From assembly GCA_050250895.1 (NCBI GenBank), contig JBFWNU010000003.1, positions 1 through 64,000 of the forward strand: a stretch of DNA of 64,000 bases. Reading direction: 5' to 3'. Position 1 is the stretch's first letter; every line of letters starts with the position of its first letter. Positions 26,184 to 36,372 of this stretch are shown piece after piece. This DNA is from Vulcanimicrobiota bacterium. Lineage in GTDB: Bacteria; Vulcanimicrobiota; Xenobia; Xenobiales; JADMJV01. Under the pieces are notes generated by a model, which ran no database searches, was not told the DNA's origin, and saw only the letters and a program-made list of their open reading frames with translations. A program made the position numbers and the translations under genes.

Positions 26184-27635
26184 CTAGTCGAGCGGCAGTC
26201 CGCTGGGCACGCTGGCAGGCGCCAGGTTGTTGAGGTTGGTGGAAGTGTCGTCGGTCAGGGCGTTGAGAAAGTCGACCAGGTCATCGACGTCGCCATTGTT
26301 GAGGGGAATGGGGTTGCCCAGCACAGGGTCGAGGTTGTTGAGCACGCCGGCGGCCAGCTGGTCGGTCACGTGCACCTGGGAGCGGAACTGAGGCTGCAGC
26401 TGGTTGGGATTGTAGTTGTTGAGGGCCTGGCCCGGGTTGATATAGTGGCGGACCACCGCTTGCAGGCTCGTGTACGAGCCCGAATGCATCCAGGGACCGG
26501 TCAGGGCCACGTTGCGCAGGGTCGGCGTGCGAAAGCGGAAGCGGTCTTGCGGCTGGCCTGTTTCGCGGCCACGCCCGAAGTCGAGGGGCGCCTCGGCGCC
26601 CTTGCCCGGGCCCACCTGGGGGGCGGCGATGTTGTGGAAGGTCAGGTCGCTGAGCAGTCCGCCCCGATGACAGGCCGAGCAGCGGCCTCGTCCGTAAAAG
26701 ATCTGGCCGCCCCGCTTCTGGGCGTCGGTCAGGGCCGAATTGTCCCCGGCCACATAGCGATCGAAGGGCGAGTCGAGGTGTTCTACCTGGGAGATTTCGA
26801 AGGCGGCGATGGCGTTGGCGGCATGCTGAAAGCCCAGCTGATTTTGGGGAACGCCGGGAAAGGCGGCGGCAAACATTTGCTGATATTGAGGAATGGCCAG
26901 TAACCGGGTCATGATGCTGGCCCAGATGTTGGTCAGGTCGTTGTCGGCAAAACCGGCTAACTCGTTGGGCTGGCCATCGAGGCGGGTGTCGCCGGCGTTG
27001 CCCCGCATCTCGTCGCGGTCGGTGACGGGAAACATGGCCTGGGCGGCTGCCACGTTGTCGAGACCCTGGGGCAACTGCCCCCCGGCTGGGGTGGTGAAGG
27101 CTCCGCCCTGGGCCCGGCTCACCCGACCGTCGTGGAACATCGGGTTGACCGGGGCCAGATTAAAGAGGCCGGGAGCATTACGGGCGATGAAGTTTCGACC
27201 GGCCCCCAGCGTGCGGGCCGGACCAAGGCCGCTGCCGCCGGTGCCGATCGAGACCGACAGGCCGTCGCCGGTGGCCTGGGTGGGGTGGTGGCAGGTGGCG
27301 CAAGAAATGTCCATATTGCCGCTGAGGATCTTGTCGAACATGAGGGCCTGACCCAGGGTCACCTTGGCCGCATCCTGGGCTGGCGCGGCCTGAACCACCT
27401 GCACCCCGGCGTTGGCCATGGCCGCCCGCAGATTGATGTCGGCCTGGGTGGCCGCTGCCGGGGCGGCAGGAGTGGGCGCGGCCGGATTGTTGGCCACCAC
27501 GGTGGTGGTGGGTACGGCCGCCCCGCCAGCGGCGGCGCCTCCCTCTGGAGCGGTCCCATCGGCCGAGCCGCCTCCGCCTCCGCCCCCACAACCGATGGCC
27601 ATGGCCAGTATCATCATTGCCAGCAAGCGTCGCAT
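26184..27635 (-). CDS. Di-haem cytochrome c peroxidase/MauG family lipoprotein
   Basis: Lipobox AIGC; CATCH and CSACH haem motifs; FRTPTLRNVALTGPWMHSG. Confidence 0.9.
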   Translation of the reverse strand: MRRLLAMMILAMAIGCGGGGGGGSADGTAPEGGAAAGGAAVPTTTVVANNPAAPTPAAPAAATQADINLRAAMANAGVQVVQAAPAQDAAKVTLGQALMFDKILSGNMDISCATCHHPTQATGDGLSVSIGTGGSGLGPARTLGAGRNFIARNAPGLFNLAPVNPMFHDGRVSRAQGGAFTTPAGGQLPQGLDNVAAAQAMFPVTDRDEMRGNAGDTRLDGQPNELAGFADNDLTNIWASIMTRLLAIPQYQQMFAAAFPGVPQNQLGFQHAANAIAAFEISQVEHLDSPFDRYVAGDNSALTDAQKRGGQIFYGRGRCSACHRGGLLSDLTFHNIAAPQVGPGKGAEAPLDFGRGRETGQPQDRFRFRTPTLRNVALTGPWMHSGSYTSLQAVVRHYINPGQALNNYNPNQLQPQFRSQVHVTDQLAAGVLNNLDPVLGNPIPLNNGDVDDLVDFLNALTDDTSTNLNNLAPASVPSGLPLD

Positions 27636-27785
27636 GAATGCCTCCCTCGAACCCCGACGGGTGAAAACTGAGCCCAGTTTGTCGCAAAACTGTGTCGGAA
27701 TTGGGAGCCAATTGCATCAGAAGTGTACCGGTGTTTCGATGTCTGTAATCGGGTCGATTGGGAATAATGAAGTCAGGAGGGGTAT

Positions 27786-29021
27786 ATGGTCAACGAATTC
27801 ACCGCCGCTGAGGTCTTCCAGCGATTGGAGAGGATCACCGGTTCCTCTCCCGGCCCCAAACAGGTCCTGGAGTCTATCCTCCACGAGGCCATCGAACTGA
27901 CCGGCGCTGAGCGCGGCTTCGTTCTCTCGCTAGCCGAGCCCGCCACCGAGGTGCCGGCAGTGCTCGAACTGGCCACGGTGGTGGCCGTCAATCTCGACTC
28001 GGAAGGCAGCGAATTCGAGTACAGCCGCACCATCGTCCAGGACGCCCTGCGTCAGAGTCAGGGACTGGTTTTGCTCGATGCCGGCGGGCACGACCAGTTC
28101 AGTGTCAGCGATAGCGTGCGCCGGCTCGAACTGCGCTCGGTGATGGCCGTGCCTCTGAGAATCGACAACCGGCTGGTGGGGGCTATCTATCTCGATAACC
28201 GAACCCACGTGGGCAAGTTCACCGAAACCGATCTCGGACTGTTGACCAACTTCGCCAACGTAGCCGCCCTGGCCGTCGAGAATGCCCGCTTGCTCAACGA
28301 TTGGCGCACCCAATTTCACGAACTGATGCAGACCCGCGAGGCAGAGAAGGCGGCTCAAAAAGCTCGTAAGATGGCCGAGCAAGCCCGCCGCTCGACGGTT
28401 GACTACGTGGCCAGGGCAAGCCAGCAATTGTGTCACCCGCTCCTGGCCATGTTGGCCGAACTCGAGCGGCATCCAGACCATCCCAGCGCCAACCAGTTGA
28501 CTCGACTGTTAGGTTTGTGCCTGGGCCGCGCCGAAGAGCTGCGAGATGTGGCCCGGGTCGAGTGCGGGCAACTCGAGATGCGGTTTGCACCGGTCGACCT
28601 GGGAGTGGTGGTCGGCGACCTGGGTCGCCAGTTTGCTCCGGCGGCGCGCCTCGAGGGAGGCGATGTGTTGGCCGACGCGGCCCCCGACCTGACCGTCGTG
28701 GGCGACGAATCGCGCCTGCGGCAACTGCTGGGCTCGTTGTTGCGCTACTCCATCGAAAGCGGGGGGCCGGCGACCCTGGTCAAGCTGGCGGCCGGGCCAG
28801 GTCAGCCGGGCACGGCCCTGGTGACCATCGAGTTCAGTGCCGAGATGCCCAGCCTGCCCCAGCCCGTCTACGACTTCTGTCAGCGTGTAGCCGGCCTGCA
28901 TCACGGTCGCATCTGGACCGATGTGCGCGAGCATTCCAAGACCTTCGTGCTCGAGTTACCTCGCGAACAGTTGTCAGTCCACAATTTCGCCCGCGAGAAT
29001 TGGATGCCCGAGGCTCCATAG
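27786..29021 (+). CDS. GAF domain protein with a degenerate histidine kinase module
   Basis: GAF (LRSVMAVPL...GAIYLDN); the HisKA-like region reads ASQQLCHPL; the HATPase N and G boxes are degenerate. Confidence 0.75.
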   Translation: MVNEFTAAEVFQRLERITGSSPGPKQVLESILHEAIELTGAERGFVLSLAEPATEVPAVLELATVVAVNLDSEGSEFEYSRTIVQDALRQSQGLVLLDAGGHDQFSVSDSVRRLELRSVMAVPLRIDNRLVGAIYLDNRTHVGKFTETDLGLLTNFANVAALAVENARLLNDWRTQFHELMQTREAEKAAQKARKMAEQARRSTVDYVARASQQLCHPLLAMLAELERHPDHPSANQLTRLLGLCLGRAEELRDVARVECGQLEMRFAPVDLGVVVGDLGRQFAPAARLEGGDVLADAAPDLTVVGDESRLRQLLGSLLRYSIESGGPATLVKLAAGPGQPGTALVTIEFSAEMPSLPQPVYDFCQRVAGLHHGRIWTDVREHSKTFVLELPREQLSVHNFARENWMPEAP

Positions 29022-29054
29022 GGCAGAGACCCGGAGGGCGCGAAGTCTGCGCCT

Positions 29055-30131
29055 ATGGCTCGCAAGCGCCGTCGTCGAAAAATGCACCGTCAGCCGGCGG
29101 GTGAAGCTCCCGGCCTGCTGATCGCCTCTCCCGAGGCTACTGCCACCAAGCTTCACTATCTGTCGTACGGCCCAGACCATTTCGCCGAGCAGACACCGGG
29201 GTCCGTCGAGGACGTGCCAGCCACCGAGGGCATCCTCTGGTTCAACGTCGAAGGTTTGGCCGATACCCAGGTCATCGAATTGGTCGGGCAGCGGTTCGGG
29301 CTGCATCGCCTGGCCCTCGAAGACGTGCTCTACAGCCACCAGCCCAAGGCCGAATCGTTTGGCGAGCACCTGCTGATCAGCCTGCCGATGCTGCACAGCG
29401 AGACGGTCGAGATCGAGCAGATGTGCTTGTTCTTCGGGCGTGACTTCGTGCTCAGCTTTCAAGAGGGCGTACCCGGCGACTGTCTCGAGCCGGTGCGGCG
29501 CCGGTTGCGCGAGAGCAAAGGGCAGATTCGGTCACGAGGGGCCGACTATCTGGCCTATGCGGTCCTCGACGCCGTCATCGATGCCTACTTTCCCCTGGTG
29601 GACCGATGGGGCCATACGCTCTCCTCCCTGGAAGAGAAGATCCTCGAGAACCCCAGTGTAGAGGTGATCAGCAGCATTCGCCATTTGCGGCGTCAGGTCG
29701 CCGACTTGCGACGCACCCTGCGTCAACTGCGTGACGGAGTGGGCCGGCTGCTAGCCGAGGCGGGGGAATTGATCCACCGCGATACGCTGCCGTTCTTTCG
29801 GGATTGCCACGAGCATGTGGCCGAGTTGCTCGACATACTCGAGCGCCATCGCGAGACCACTACCGAACTGCTCGAAGCCTATCACTCCCGACTGAGCCAG
29901 CGCAGCAACGAGATCATGCAGACGCTCACGGTCATTGCCACCATCTTTATTCCGCTCTCGTTTATCGCCGGGGTCTACGGCATGAATTTCGACCCCAAGG
30001 TCTCGCCTTACAACATGCCTGAGCTAGGCTGGGCCTACGGCTATCCCTTCGCTCTGGGCCTGATGCTGACGGTAGCCCTGGGATTTGTGGTCTATTTCTA
30101 CCGCAAGGGCTGGCTCGGCGGCGAGGATTAG
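29055..30131 (+). CDS. corA: Magnesium/cobalt transporter CorA
   Basis: YGMNF and MPEL motifs; two C-terminal TMs. Confidence 0.93.
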   Translation: MARKRRRRKMHRQPAGEAPGLLIASPEATATKLHYLSYGPDHFAEQTPGSVEDVPATEGILWFNVEGLADTQVIELVGQRFGLHRLALEDVLYSHQPKAESFGEHLLISLPMLHSETVEIEQMCLFFGRDFVLSFQEGVPGDCLEPVRRRLRESKGQIRSRGADYLAYAVLDAVIDAYFPLVDRWGHTLSSLEEKILENPSVEVISSIRHLRRQVADLRRTLRQLRDGVGRLLAEAGELIHRDTLPFFRDCHEHVAELLDILERHRETTTELLEAYHSRLSQRSNEIMQTLTVIATIFIPLSFIAGVYGMNFDPKVSPYNMPELGWAYGYPFALGLMLTVALGFVVYFYRKGWLGGED

Positions 30132-32647
30132 AGTTCCTGGATGTCGACCGAGATGTCGCCGATATCGACGCGCTCCTCGTGAACCTGAAGCTGGGTGTCG
30201 GTGGCGCTGGTGCGGGTTACGGCCAGCATGTCCAGCGTCGCCTCCAGGGTTTCGGCGGCCTGCTTTGCCTTCAGGCCTGACAATTTCGAGAGCGTGTCTT
30301 TGACTACTTTGGCCTCGTCGGCACCGAAACGCGGGCCCAGTTGTTCGAGGGTCGTCTTGAGCAGGGCGAACCGGTCGTTGGCATCGGTGACTTCGCCGCC
30401 CGCCTGGCGGGCCACAGTGGCCAGGTCCCACGGGTCTTTCAAGCGAGGATTGGCCAGAAAGGCCTTCAAGACCGCCGCCCGCGAGGCGTAGTTGCGCTGG
30501 CTGTCGACTAGCTTCTGGGTGATGTAAGCGGCCTCTTTGGTCTCGGGCGACCAGCGCAGAGGCGTCATGAAGCCCGCTCCCGCCACGCAAGCATCCTGCG
30601 GGGTGGCAGCCCCGTCGACCGCCACCCGAGCTAGAGCACCCAGGTCGCTGCCCTGACCGCCGGCCACCTGTTCGAGGGCCCCACCATAGAGGGCTAAGAT
30701 CGAGGCGTATTTGGAGAGCTGGTACTGCGTGCCTTTCTTGGCCACCGCCAGGGCCAACTCGGCCACGTCGCGTTTGACCGGCTCGGTGCAAGCCTGGGCC
30801 AGGCTGGCCTCGGCCACCCGGGCGGCATCCTGCTCGTGGTAGCGATGCTTCTGGGCGGCGATGGCATGAAAGGAAGCCAGTGCCAGGGCGTCGGCCTGCT
30901 CGTGGTCGAGCGCGGCTCGATAAACGGCCGTTACCGAACTCCACGAACTCACCACCAATTTACCGCCGGGCTTGAGCCAACTGTCCACCGCCTCCAGGCG
31001 CCCGTCGGCTTTGAGCATCTCGCCGGCCAGCAGGGCCATGTCCGGCGCACAGTTCTCGTCGTCTAAGAGAGCGTCGATGGTCTTGCGGCCGATGTCATCG
31101 GGCGAACCCCCGTCGAGCAGTTGGTGATAGAATTCAGCAATCGAGCGCCACTGTTTGAAGCGATATTTGCCCTGATCGTCCTTAGCCACGGCCAGGCCGA
31201 AAGCGGCCACCTCGTCACCGGAACGCGAGCTGAGCAGTCCCTCGGCCACCAGCGCCGCATCCTTGGCCTGGCGCGGGTCGGCCAGAATGTCGCCTACGGC
31301 CTGGCGAGCGGCCACGGCGGGATCCTGGTCGGGGTCGGAAAGGGCTGTCTGGCACAGGGAGTGGACCGAACCCCAGTTGGCGAGCACGACCTTTCCTTTT
31401 TGGCGAATGGCTCCTTCGACGAACGCGGCCATGGATTCGGGAATCTGGTCTTTGGCCGCATCCCAGACTTTGAGGGCGTGCTGGTCCAGCTTCAGTTCGA
31501 CCGCCCGGGCGTGGGTCGAGGCCGCCACCTGAGCCACCTGATCGGGGTGGTCGAGGGCCATCTTGTAGAGGTGGCTGGTTAGCCTGGGTTGGTCGGCCAC
31601 GTTCTTGCCCAGTTCTAGAGCCCATTTGCAGGCCGGCTCGGGCCGGCCAGCGAGCATCTGGGCGGCCAGGGAGCTGGCCTCGTTGACCGACACCTTGTCC
31701 AGCAACTGGCGTCCCAGGGCCTCCTTGCTCTGGTGGGCGCTCAGGCCGCTTTGAAGAACCTCGACGGCAGCCTCGGGCTTGAGCCGGCTGGTGGCCGTTA
31801 GCAGCATCTCGGCCTGATCCCAATCGCTCTGGGACAGGCCATACCGGGTCAGAGCGACCTTCTCGGCCGGGTTGGCGCCCAGTGCGAGCAAGTCTTTCAA
31901 GCGAGTCTGGCTGAGGCGCTCGTCGGGGTGGGCAAAGCTGTAGTATTTGCGGGCAGTGTCCTCATTGCCCAGCGGTCCCAGCAGTTTGGCGAAGCGTTCC
32001 AGCGAGGGCTCGAAATCGGCCTTCAAATCAAGCCAGGGGCGCCGCTTTCCTATCCGCAGGAGCTCTTCTGACCCGGCCTGCTGGGGTGAGATCGGGCGTC
32101 CGGAAGCGTCGAAGAACTGGTACCCCTCATGGGCCAGCGCGGGAGTCGGACTGTTCGAGGTGTAGAAGTCGCCCAGCGCTACCGCCTGCGAGGTAGAGTT
32201 AAGCGAATATTTCCAGCCGTCGACCTCGGCCACCAGGCCTCGCAGAGCAAAGTCGTCGGTCAGGCAGTTGTAGGCGCCATAGAGACCAACCTCTTCGTTC
32301 TGTTGCTCGCGGGTAGCCGTGAAGCGGGCTCCGTGACTGGCCAACTCCTTGAGGCCGCTGGCCAATTGGGGCTGGGCCACCGAGTCGACCGCAAGGCCAC
32401 CGTGAAGCACCCCCAGTTCGCGCAGATCTTCGGGCGTTCGCACTGGCAAAGCGCCGCCAGCGTCGGGGGTCTTGACCTGCAGATACTGGTCAACCTTGCC
32501 GTCTTGCAGGCTTTCGGCGGCTTGGGAGCCGGTTTGCGGCACCACGGGTTCTTGCCAGGGAAGTTTGAAGCGTCTAACTCTTTGAAAGTGTAGGCCGGAA
32601 CGGTCGAGTTGCTCGGCTGTATTTCTGTTTGCCGGTTGAATGAACAT
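30128..32647 (-). CDS. Large hypothetical helical-repeat protein
   Basis: Long ORF, probable start MFIQPA; about five internal repeats. Confidence 0.7.
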   Translation of the reverse strand: MFIQPANRNTAEQLDRSGLHFQRVRRFKLPWQEPVVPQTGSQAAESLQDGKVDQYLQVKTPDAGGALPVRTPEDLRELGVLHGGLAVDSVAQPQLASGLKELASHGARFTATREQQNEEVGLYGAYNCLTDDFALRGLVAEVDGWKYSLNSTSQAVALGDFYTSNSPTPALAHEGYQFFDASGRPISPQQAGSEELLRIGKRRPWLDLKADFEPSLERFAKLLGPLGNEDTARKYYSFAHPDERLSQTRLKDLLALGANPAEKVALTRYGLSQSDWDQAEMLLTATSRLKPEAAVEVLQSGLSAHQSKEALGRQLLDKVSVNEASSLAAQMLAGRPEPACKWALELGKNVADQPRLTSHLYKMALDHPDQVAQVAASTHARAVELKLDQHALKVWDAAKDQIPESMAAFVEGAIRQKGKVVLANWGSVHSLCQTALSDPDQDPAVAARQAVGDILADPRQAKDAALVAEGLLSSRSGDEVAAFGLAVAKDDQGKYRFKQWRSIAEFYHQLLDGGSPDDIGRKTIDALLDDENCAPDMALLAGEMLKADGRLEAVDSWLKPGGKLVVSSWSSVTAVYRAALDHEQADALALASFHAIAAQKHRYHEQDAARVAEASLAQACTEPVKRDVAELALAVAKKGTQYQLSKYASILALYGGALEQVAGGQGSDLGALARVAVDGAATPQDACVAGAGFMTPLRWSPETKEAAYITQKLVDSQRNYASRAAVLKAFLANPRLKDPWDLATVARQAGGEVTDANDRFALLKTTLEQLGPRFGADEAKVVKDTLSKLSGLKAKQAAETLEATLDMLAVTRTSATDTQLQVHEERVDIGDISVDIQEL

Positions 32648-32757
32648 CTCTGCGTATGAGAGCAGACACGGTCGTCTTTTTGGTTTCGGACATGTTAAAC
32701 GGGCGTCCCTGCGCCGGATCAGCATTCTTTAAGGGTGCCGTGGCAGGCTAGAGGCCT

Positions 32758-33474
32758 ATGGCCACCATAACTCGCAACTTTGATCGTCCCGTTACTACCC
32801 GCAAGCGTCTGGGCGGAGTGCCCAGAGATCGCTATGAGTCTACCTGGTGGCCCAAGCACGGTCTTGGCAAGGTCGAGCGCCGGGCCGGGGCCGAAGGCGG
32901 CCCGGTGGACGTCTATCGAGACGTTCCCGAATATGACGAACACGGTCAGCCGCAACTCGAGAACGTCACCGAGACCATCACCGAAGAGCCCTATCAGCCC
33001 GGACGAAGAGGGGTTGCCTGCAGCCTGCTCGGCGCCGTCACCGCCGGGCTGGGCGCAGCCACCCTGCTAGCCGCCGGCCCGCTCGGCATCGTAGTGGCCG
33101 CTGGTCTGGGAGCCTACGCCGGTCAGAAAGTCGGCGAGCATACGGCCAAAGACGACCAGGTCGACGAAGTGTGGGTGGATCGCAAGATCGTCCATCCTCA
33201 CATGGAAGGCCACACCGAATACACGATTCCTGTCCCCGAATTCCGCCGCCGCTACGACCGCGACGGCGAGCGCCACACCGACGTGAGCATTCGAGGCTAT
33301 TACCATCACCACAGCCCGGATATTCGCGAAGAAGAAGTGGGTGAATTCACCGAACCGACCTTGCAGCATAGCCGCAAGGTCACCCCAGGAGCGGCCGCCC
33401 TGTTGACGGCCGGGGCCGGTCTGGCTCTGGGCGTGGCCGTGGCTGCCCTGGATCGTTCTGGAAAACGCGCTTAG
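32758..33474 (+). CDS. Hypothetical membrane protein
   Basis: 238-aa ORF with Gly/Ala-rich hydrophobic segments. Confidence 0.7.
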   Translation: MATITRNFDRPVTTRKRLGGVPRDRYESTWWPKHGLGKVERRAGAEGGPVDVYRDVPEYDEHGQPQLENVTETITEEPYQPGRRGVACSLLGAVTAGLGAATLLAAGPLGIVVAAGLGAYAGQKVGEHTAKDDQVDEVWVDRKIVHPHMEGHTEYTIPVPEFRRRYDRDGERHTDVSIRGYYHHHSPDIREEEVGEFTEPTLQHSRKVTPGAAALLTAGAGLALGVAVAALDRSGKRA

Positions 33475-33756
33475 CCGCGCCGCTGGGCCGACTCCTCGTG
33501 ATCGTCGGCCCGGCCGCGGCTTGACGGGACCGCCGAGAAGGTTTGGTCGGGAAGCGAAACTGCGACGAAGGTGACCTTCTCGTCGCTCCCTATCGGCGCT
33601 GCGCGCCGCGCCGCTGGGCCGACTCTTCGTGATCGTCGGCCCGGCCGCGGCTTGACGGGACCGCCGAGAAGGTTTGGTCGGGAAGCGAAACTGCGACGAA
33701 GGTGACCTTCTCGTCGCTCCCTATCGGCGCTGCGCGCCGCGCCGCTGGGCCGACTC
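33474..33756. repeat. Intergenic 131-bp tandem repeat (2 units plus 21 bp), palindromic, BIME-like
   Basis: Units start at 33474, 33605 and 33736; one mismatch between units; hairpins GGGCCGAC/GTCGGCCC and GCGACGA/TCGTCGC. Confidence 0.9.
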
Positions 33757-34963
33757 AGTCGTTTTCGCCGGTCATCAAGAAGAGCGGCCGCATCTCGAAT
33801 TTCTCATAGACCGGACGCAGCCGCTCGGTGTTATAGTGCTTCTTGATGTCGACCAGTTTCTTGGTGCTGGTGACCACCTCGAGAGGAACGTTGTCATAGC
33901 GGCCGTTGCGTAGCACCACCAGGCGCCCTTCGATGCCTTCCAGGATCAAATCCAGGGCCAGGTTGCCATAGGCCATGGGAGCGATCGAGTCGATGGCGTC
34001 GGGAGACCCGCCGCGGACCAGGTAGCCCAGTCGCTGGTTGACCACGTTGACGCGGCGGCCATTGTTGTATTTGGGCGAGAGTTCTTTGAGGCTGGCGGCC
34101 ACCTGGTCGCCGATGCCACCGAGCTTGGCGTGACCGTACATGTCGGTTTCTTGATTCTCGAAGACCATCTCGCCGCCTTTGAACTTGGCTCCCTCAGAGA
34201 CCAGCACCACCGAGTAGTTGCTGGGGTGCTTGATGCGGTCGGCCACCATCAGTTCGGTCAAGTGCTCGATATCGAACTCGAACTCGGGAATGACGCAACG
34301 GTCGGCGGCTCCGGCCATGGTGGGCAGCATGGCCGTGTAGCCGGCGTAGCGCCCGAAAACCTCCAGCACCAGAAAGCGCTCGTGCGAGCCGGCGGTCGTG
34401 CGCAGGTTGTGGGTCAATTCGATGGTGCGACTCACACAGGTAGAAAAGCCGATACAATAGTCGGTGCCCGGCACGTCGTTGTCCATCGTCTTGGGGATGG
34501 CCACGACCTTGACACCCTTCTTGTGAAGATGTACGCCGTAGCTGAGAGTGTCATCGCCGCCGATGGGAATGAGATGGTCGATACCCAGCCATTCGAGGTT
34601 TCTGAGCACCTCGGGGGTCAGATCGTTGACATCTTCTGAGTAGGCGTCGCGAAGGTGCTCGGGCACATTGACTCGAGGAACGTGGCTGGGTCTGGTTCGC
34701 GACGTATGGAGAAAGGTTCCGCCCGTCCGACCGGCCCGATTGACCAGGTTCTCGCTGAGTTCTAGAAAGTTCTCTGAGTTGTCGGCTCCTTCGCTGCGGT
34801 CGATCTCGATGAGTCCGGCCCAGCCACGCCGCAAGCCGATGACGCGATAGCCTTCGCGAATAGCCCGGATGGTAACGGCTCGGATGGCCGGGTTGAGACC
34901 CGGCACATCGCCGCCGCCGGTGAGAATGCCGATGGTGCCTTTGAGCTTGTTATGGTTGGCCAT
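33755..34963 (-). CDS. pfkA: 6-phosphofructokinase, probably PPi-dependent type
   Basis: TGGGDVPGLN, GGDD and PKTMDND motifs; RBS GGAGG. Confidence 0.92.
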   Translation of the reverse strand: MANHNKLKGTIGILTGGGDVPGLNPAIRAVTIRAIREGYRVIGLRRGWAGLIEIDRSEGADNSENFLELSENLVNRAGRTGGTFLHTSRTRPSHVPRVNVPEHLRDAYSEDVNDLTPEVLRNLEWLGIDHLIPIGGDDTLSYGVHLHKKGVKVVAIPKTMDNDVPGTDYCIGFSTCVSRTIELTHNLRTTAGSHERFLVLEVFGRYAGYTAMLPTMAGAADRCVIPEFEFDIEHLTELMVADRIKHPSNYSVVLVSEGAKFKGGEMVFENQETDMYGHAKLGGIGDQVAASLKELSPKYNNGRRVNVVNQRLGYLVRGGSPDAIDSIAPMAYGNLALDLILEGIEGRLVVLRNGRYDNVPLEVVTSTKKLVDIKKHYNTERLRPVYEKFEMRPLFLMTGEND

Positions 34964-35026
34964 GCTTGCCTCCAAGAGGTGAGATTGCCGGCAGCATTCG
35001 CACCCAACGGCTTTCCCCCCTGTGGG

Positions 35027-35818
35027 CTAGTGGCGCAGAGTTAGGGTGTAGCGATGCTCGCGCACTCCTGGTTGGCCCTCGAGCGAGGTGCTTCCCACCG
35101 CCAACCGCTTTTCCAGATCGCCCCAGGGGGCGGCCTTGACGGTCACCGTCACCTCGGGGGCCGCCAGGTCGACAGTGAACCAGAGCAGATCGCCGGCCAC
35201 CACCTCGACCTGTTCGAGATCGACTTCGCCCGCCAGGCCACTGACATCAAAGGCGTCGGGTTGGGTCAGCCAGGCATTGACGTTGGAAGGCAGGCTCTCA
35301 GCAGTGGCCTCGTCACTGAGATCGGTGTCGCTACCCACATCGAGGACTTTACGGACCAGCACTTTGTGCGGGCAGCGATCATCGTAGCTACCCGAAGGCG
35401 CCACTCCCCCCGCACAGGTGTAGCCGCACAGGGCGTCATGGTTGTTGGGCACGACCAGGTAATAGAGTATGGTCTTTTGCCAGAAGGGGCTGCCGTCGAC
35501 GGTTCGTTTCGACTGGCCGGTGGCCGGATCGACATCGCTGAGAAACCAGACGGCCTGACCGTCGAGCCCGCCGCCACCCAGATGGGCCGGCACGTCAGCC
35601 GTGCCGATCTCGAAAGCGCTAGCCGCCAGCAGTTCTCGGTCCAGGCGCGAAACGGCCCGCGTGACCGACTGCTCGGCAGCTTGCTGCGAAGAGACTCGAC
35701 TGTGAACCTGGATGCTACCCCGCAAGGCATAAGCTCCGATCACTCCCAACAGGGTGAACAGGCTCAGGGCCAGCATCGCTTCCAGCAGGCTAACGCCGCG
35801 CTCAGGGAGTCGGCGCAT
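35027..35818 (-). CDS. Prepilin-type protein (PilW/PulJ-like minor pilin)
   Basis: ERG|VSLLEAML class III signal. Confidence 0.8.
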   Translation of the reverse strand: MRRLPERGVSLLEAMLALSLFTLLGVIGAYALRGSIQVHSRVSSQQAAEQSVTRAVSRLDRELLAASAFEIGTADVPAHLGGGGLDGQAVWFLSDVDPATGQSKRTVDGSPFWQKTILYYLVVPNNHDALCGYTCAGGVAPSGSYDDRCPHKVLVRKVLDVGSDTDLSDEATAESLPSNVNAWLTQPDAFDVSGLAGEVDLEQVEVVAGDLLWFTVDLAAPEVTVTVKAAPWGDLEKRLAVGSTSLEGQPGVREHRYTLTLRH

Positions 35819-36293
35819 CTCGCTCCGCCACGATGGTGATGGCTCGAGCCTCGAGCTGGCCGTAGCCCTGTCGGGCTTGAACCTGAGAATCGTACCAGTG
35901 GACCACGCACCACACCTGTTTCACCCGATTGTCCGAAAGGCCACCCGACAGACTGCCCAGGTCGGTGCCGTTGGTCTGGTCGAGCAGCGTCTGAGCATAG
36001 ATCGCATAGGTGAAATCGGTATTGCCCACCTGCTCTTGACCAGTGGCAAAGGGGGTGGCCACGTGGGGGTTGTTCCAGAAGCGGTCGTAGTCGCCGGCCG
36101 GATTGTCGAGCATGGCCTGGCGCACGGTGCGCTCGAGGTTGCTCTGGGCCACCTCGTTTCCGACCGAAGTGTCGACGCCCTTGCGCGAGTAACGAACCGC
36201 CTGGGTCGCCAGGGCGGTGAGCGAAAGGACGATGATGGCCAGAAAGGCGAAAGCCAGCATCAGCTCGGCCAGATTGAAACCTCTTCTTTTCAT
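35802..36293 (-). CDS. Prepilin-type protein (PilV-like minor pilin)
   Basis: MKRRG|FNLAELML class III signal. Confidence 0.8.
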   Translation of the reverse strand: MKRRGFNLAELMLAFAFLAIIVLSLTALATQAVRYSRKGVDTSVGNEVAQSNLERTVRQAMLDNPAGDYDRFWNNPHVATPFATGQEQVGNTDFTYAIYAQTLLDQTNGTDLGSLSGGLSDNRVKQVWCVVHWYDSQVQARQGYGQLEARAITIVAERDAPTP

Positions 36294-36372
36294 CACTATA
36301 AACAATAGCCTCGGAAGGGCTCGGCTGCAACCCGAGAAGGCATCTGGATGGAGAGTGTGCTAGAATTCCAGT

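Noticed and set aside
33474-33756. CRISPR-like repeat-spacer reading (21-bp repeat x3)
   Set aside because: The two intervening segments are essentially identical, so it is a tandem duplication.
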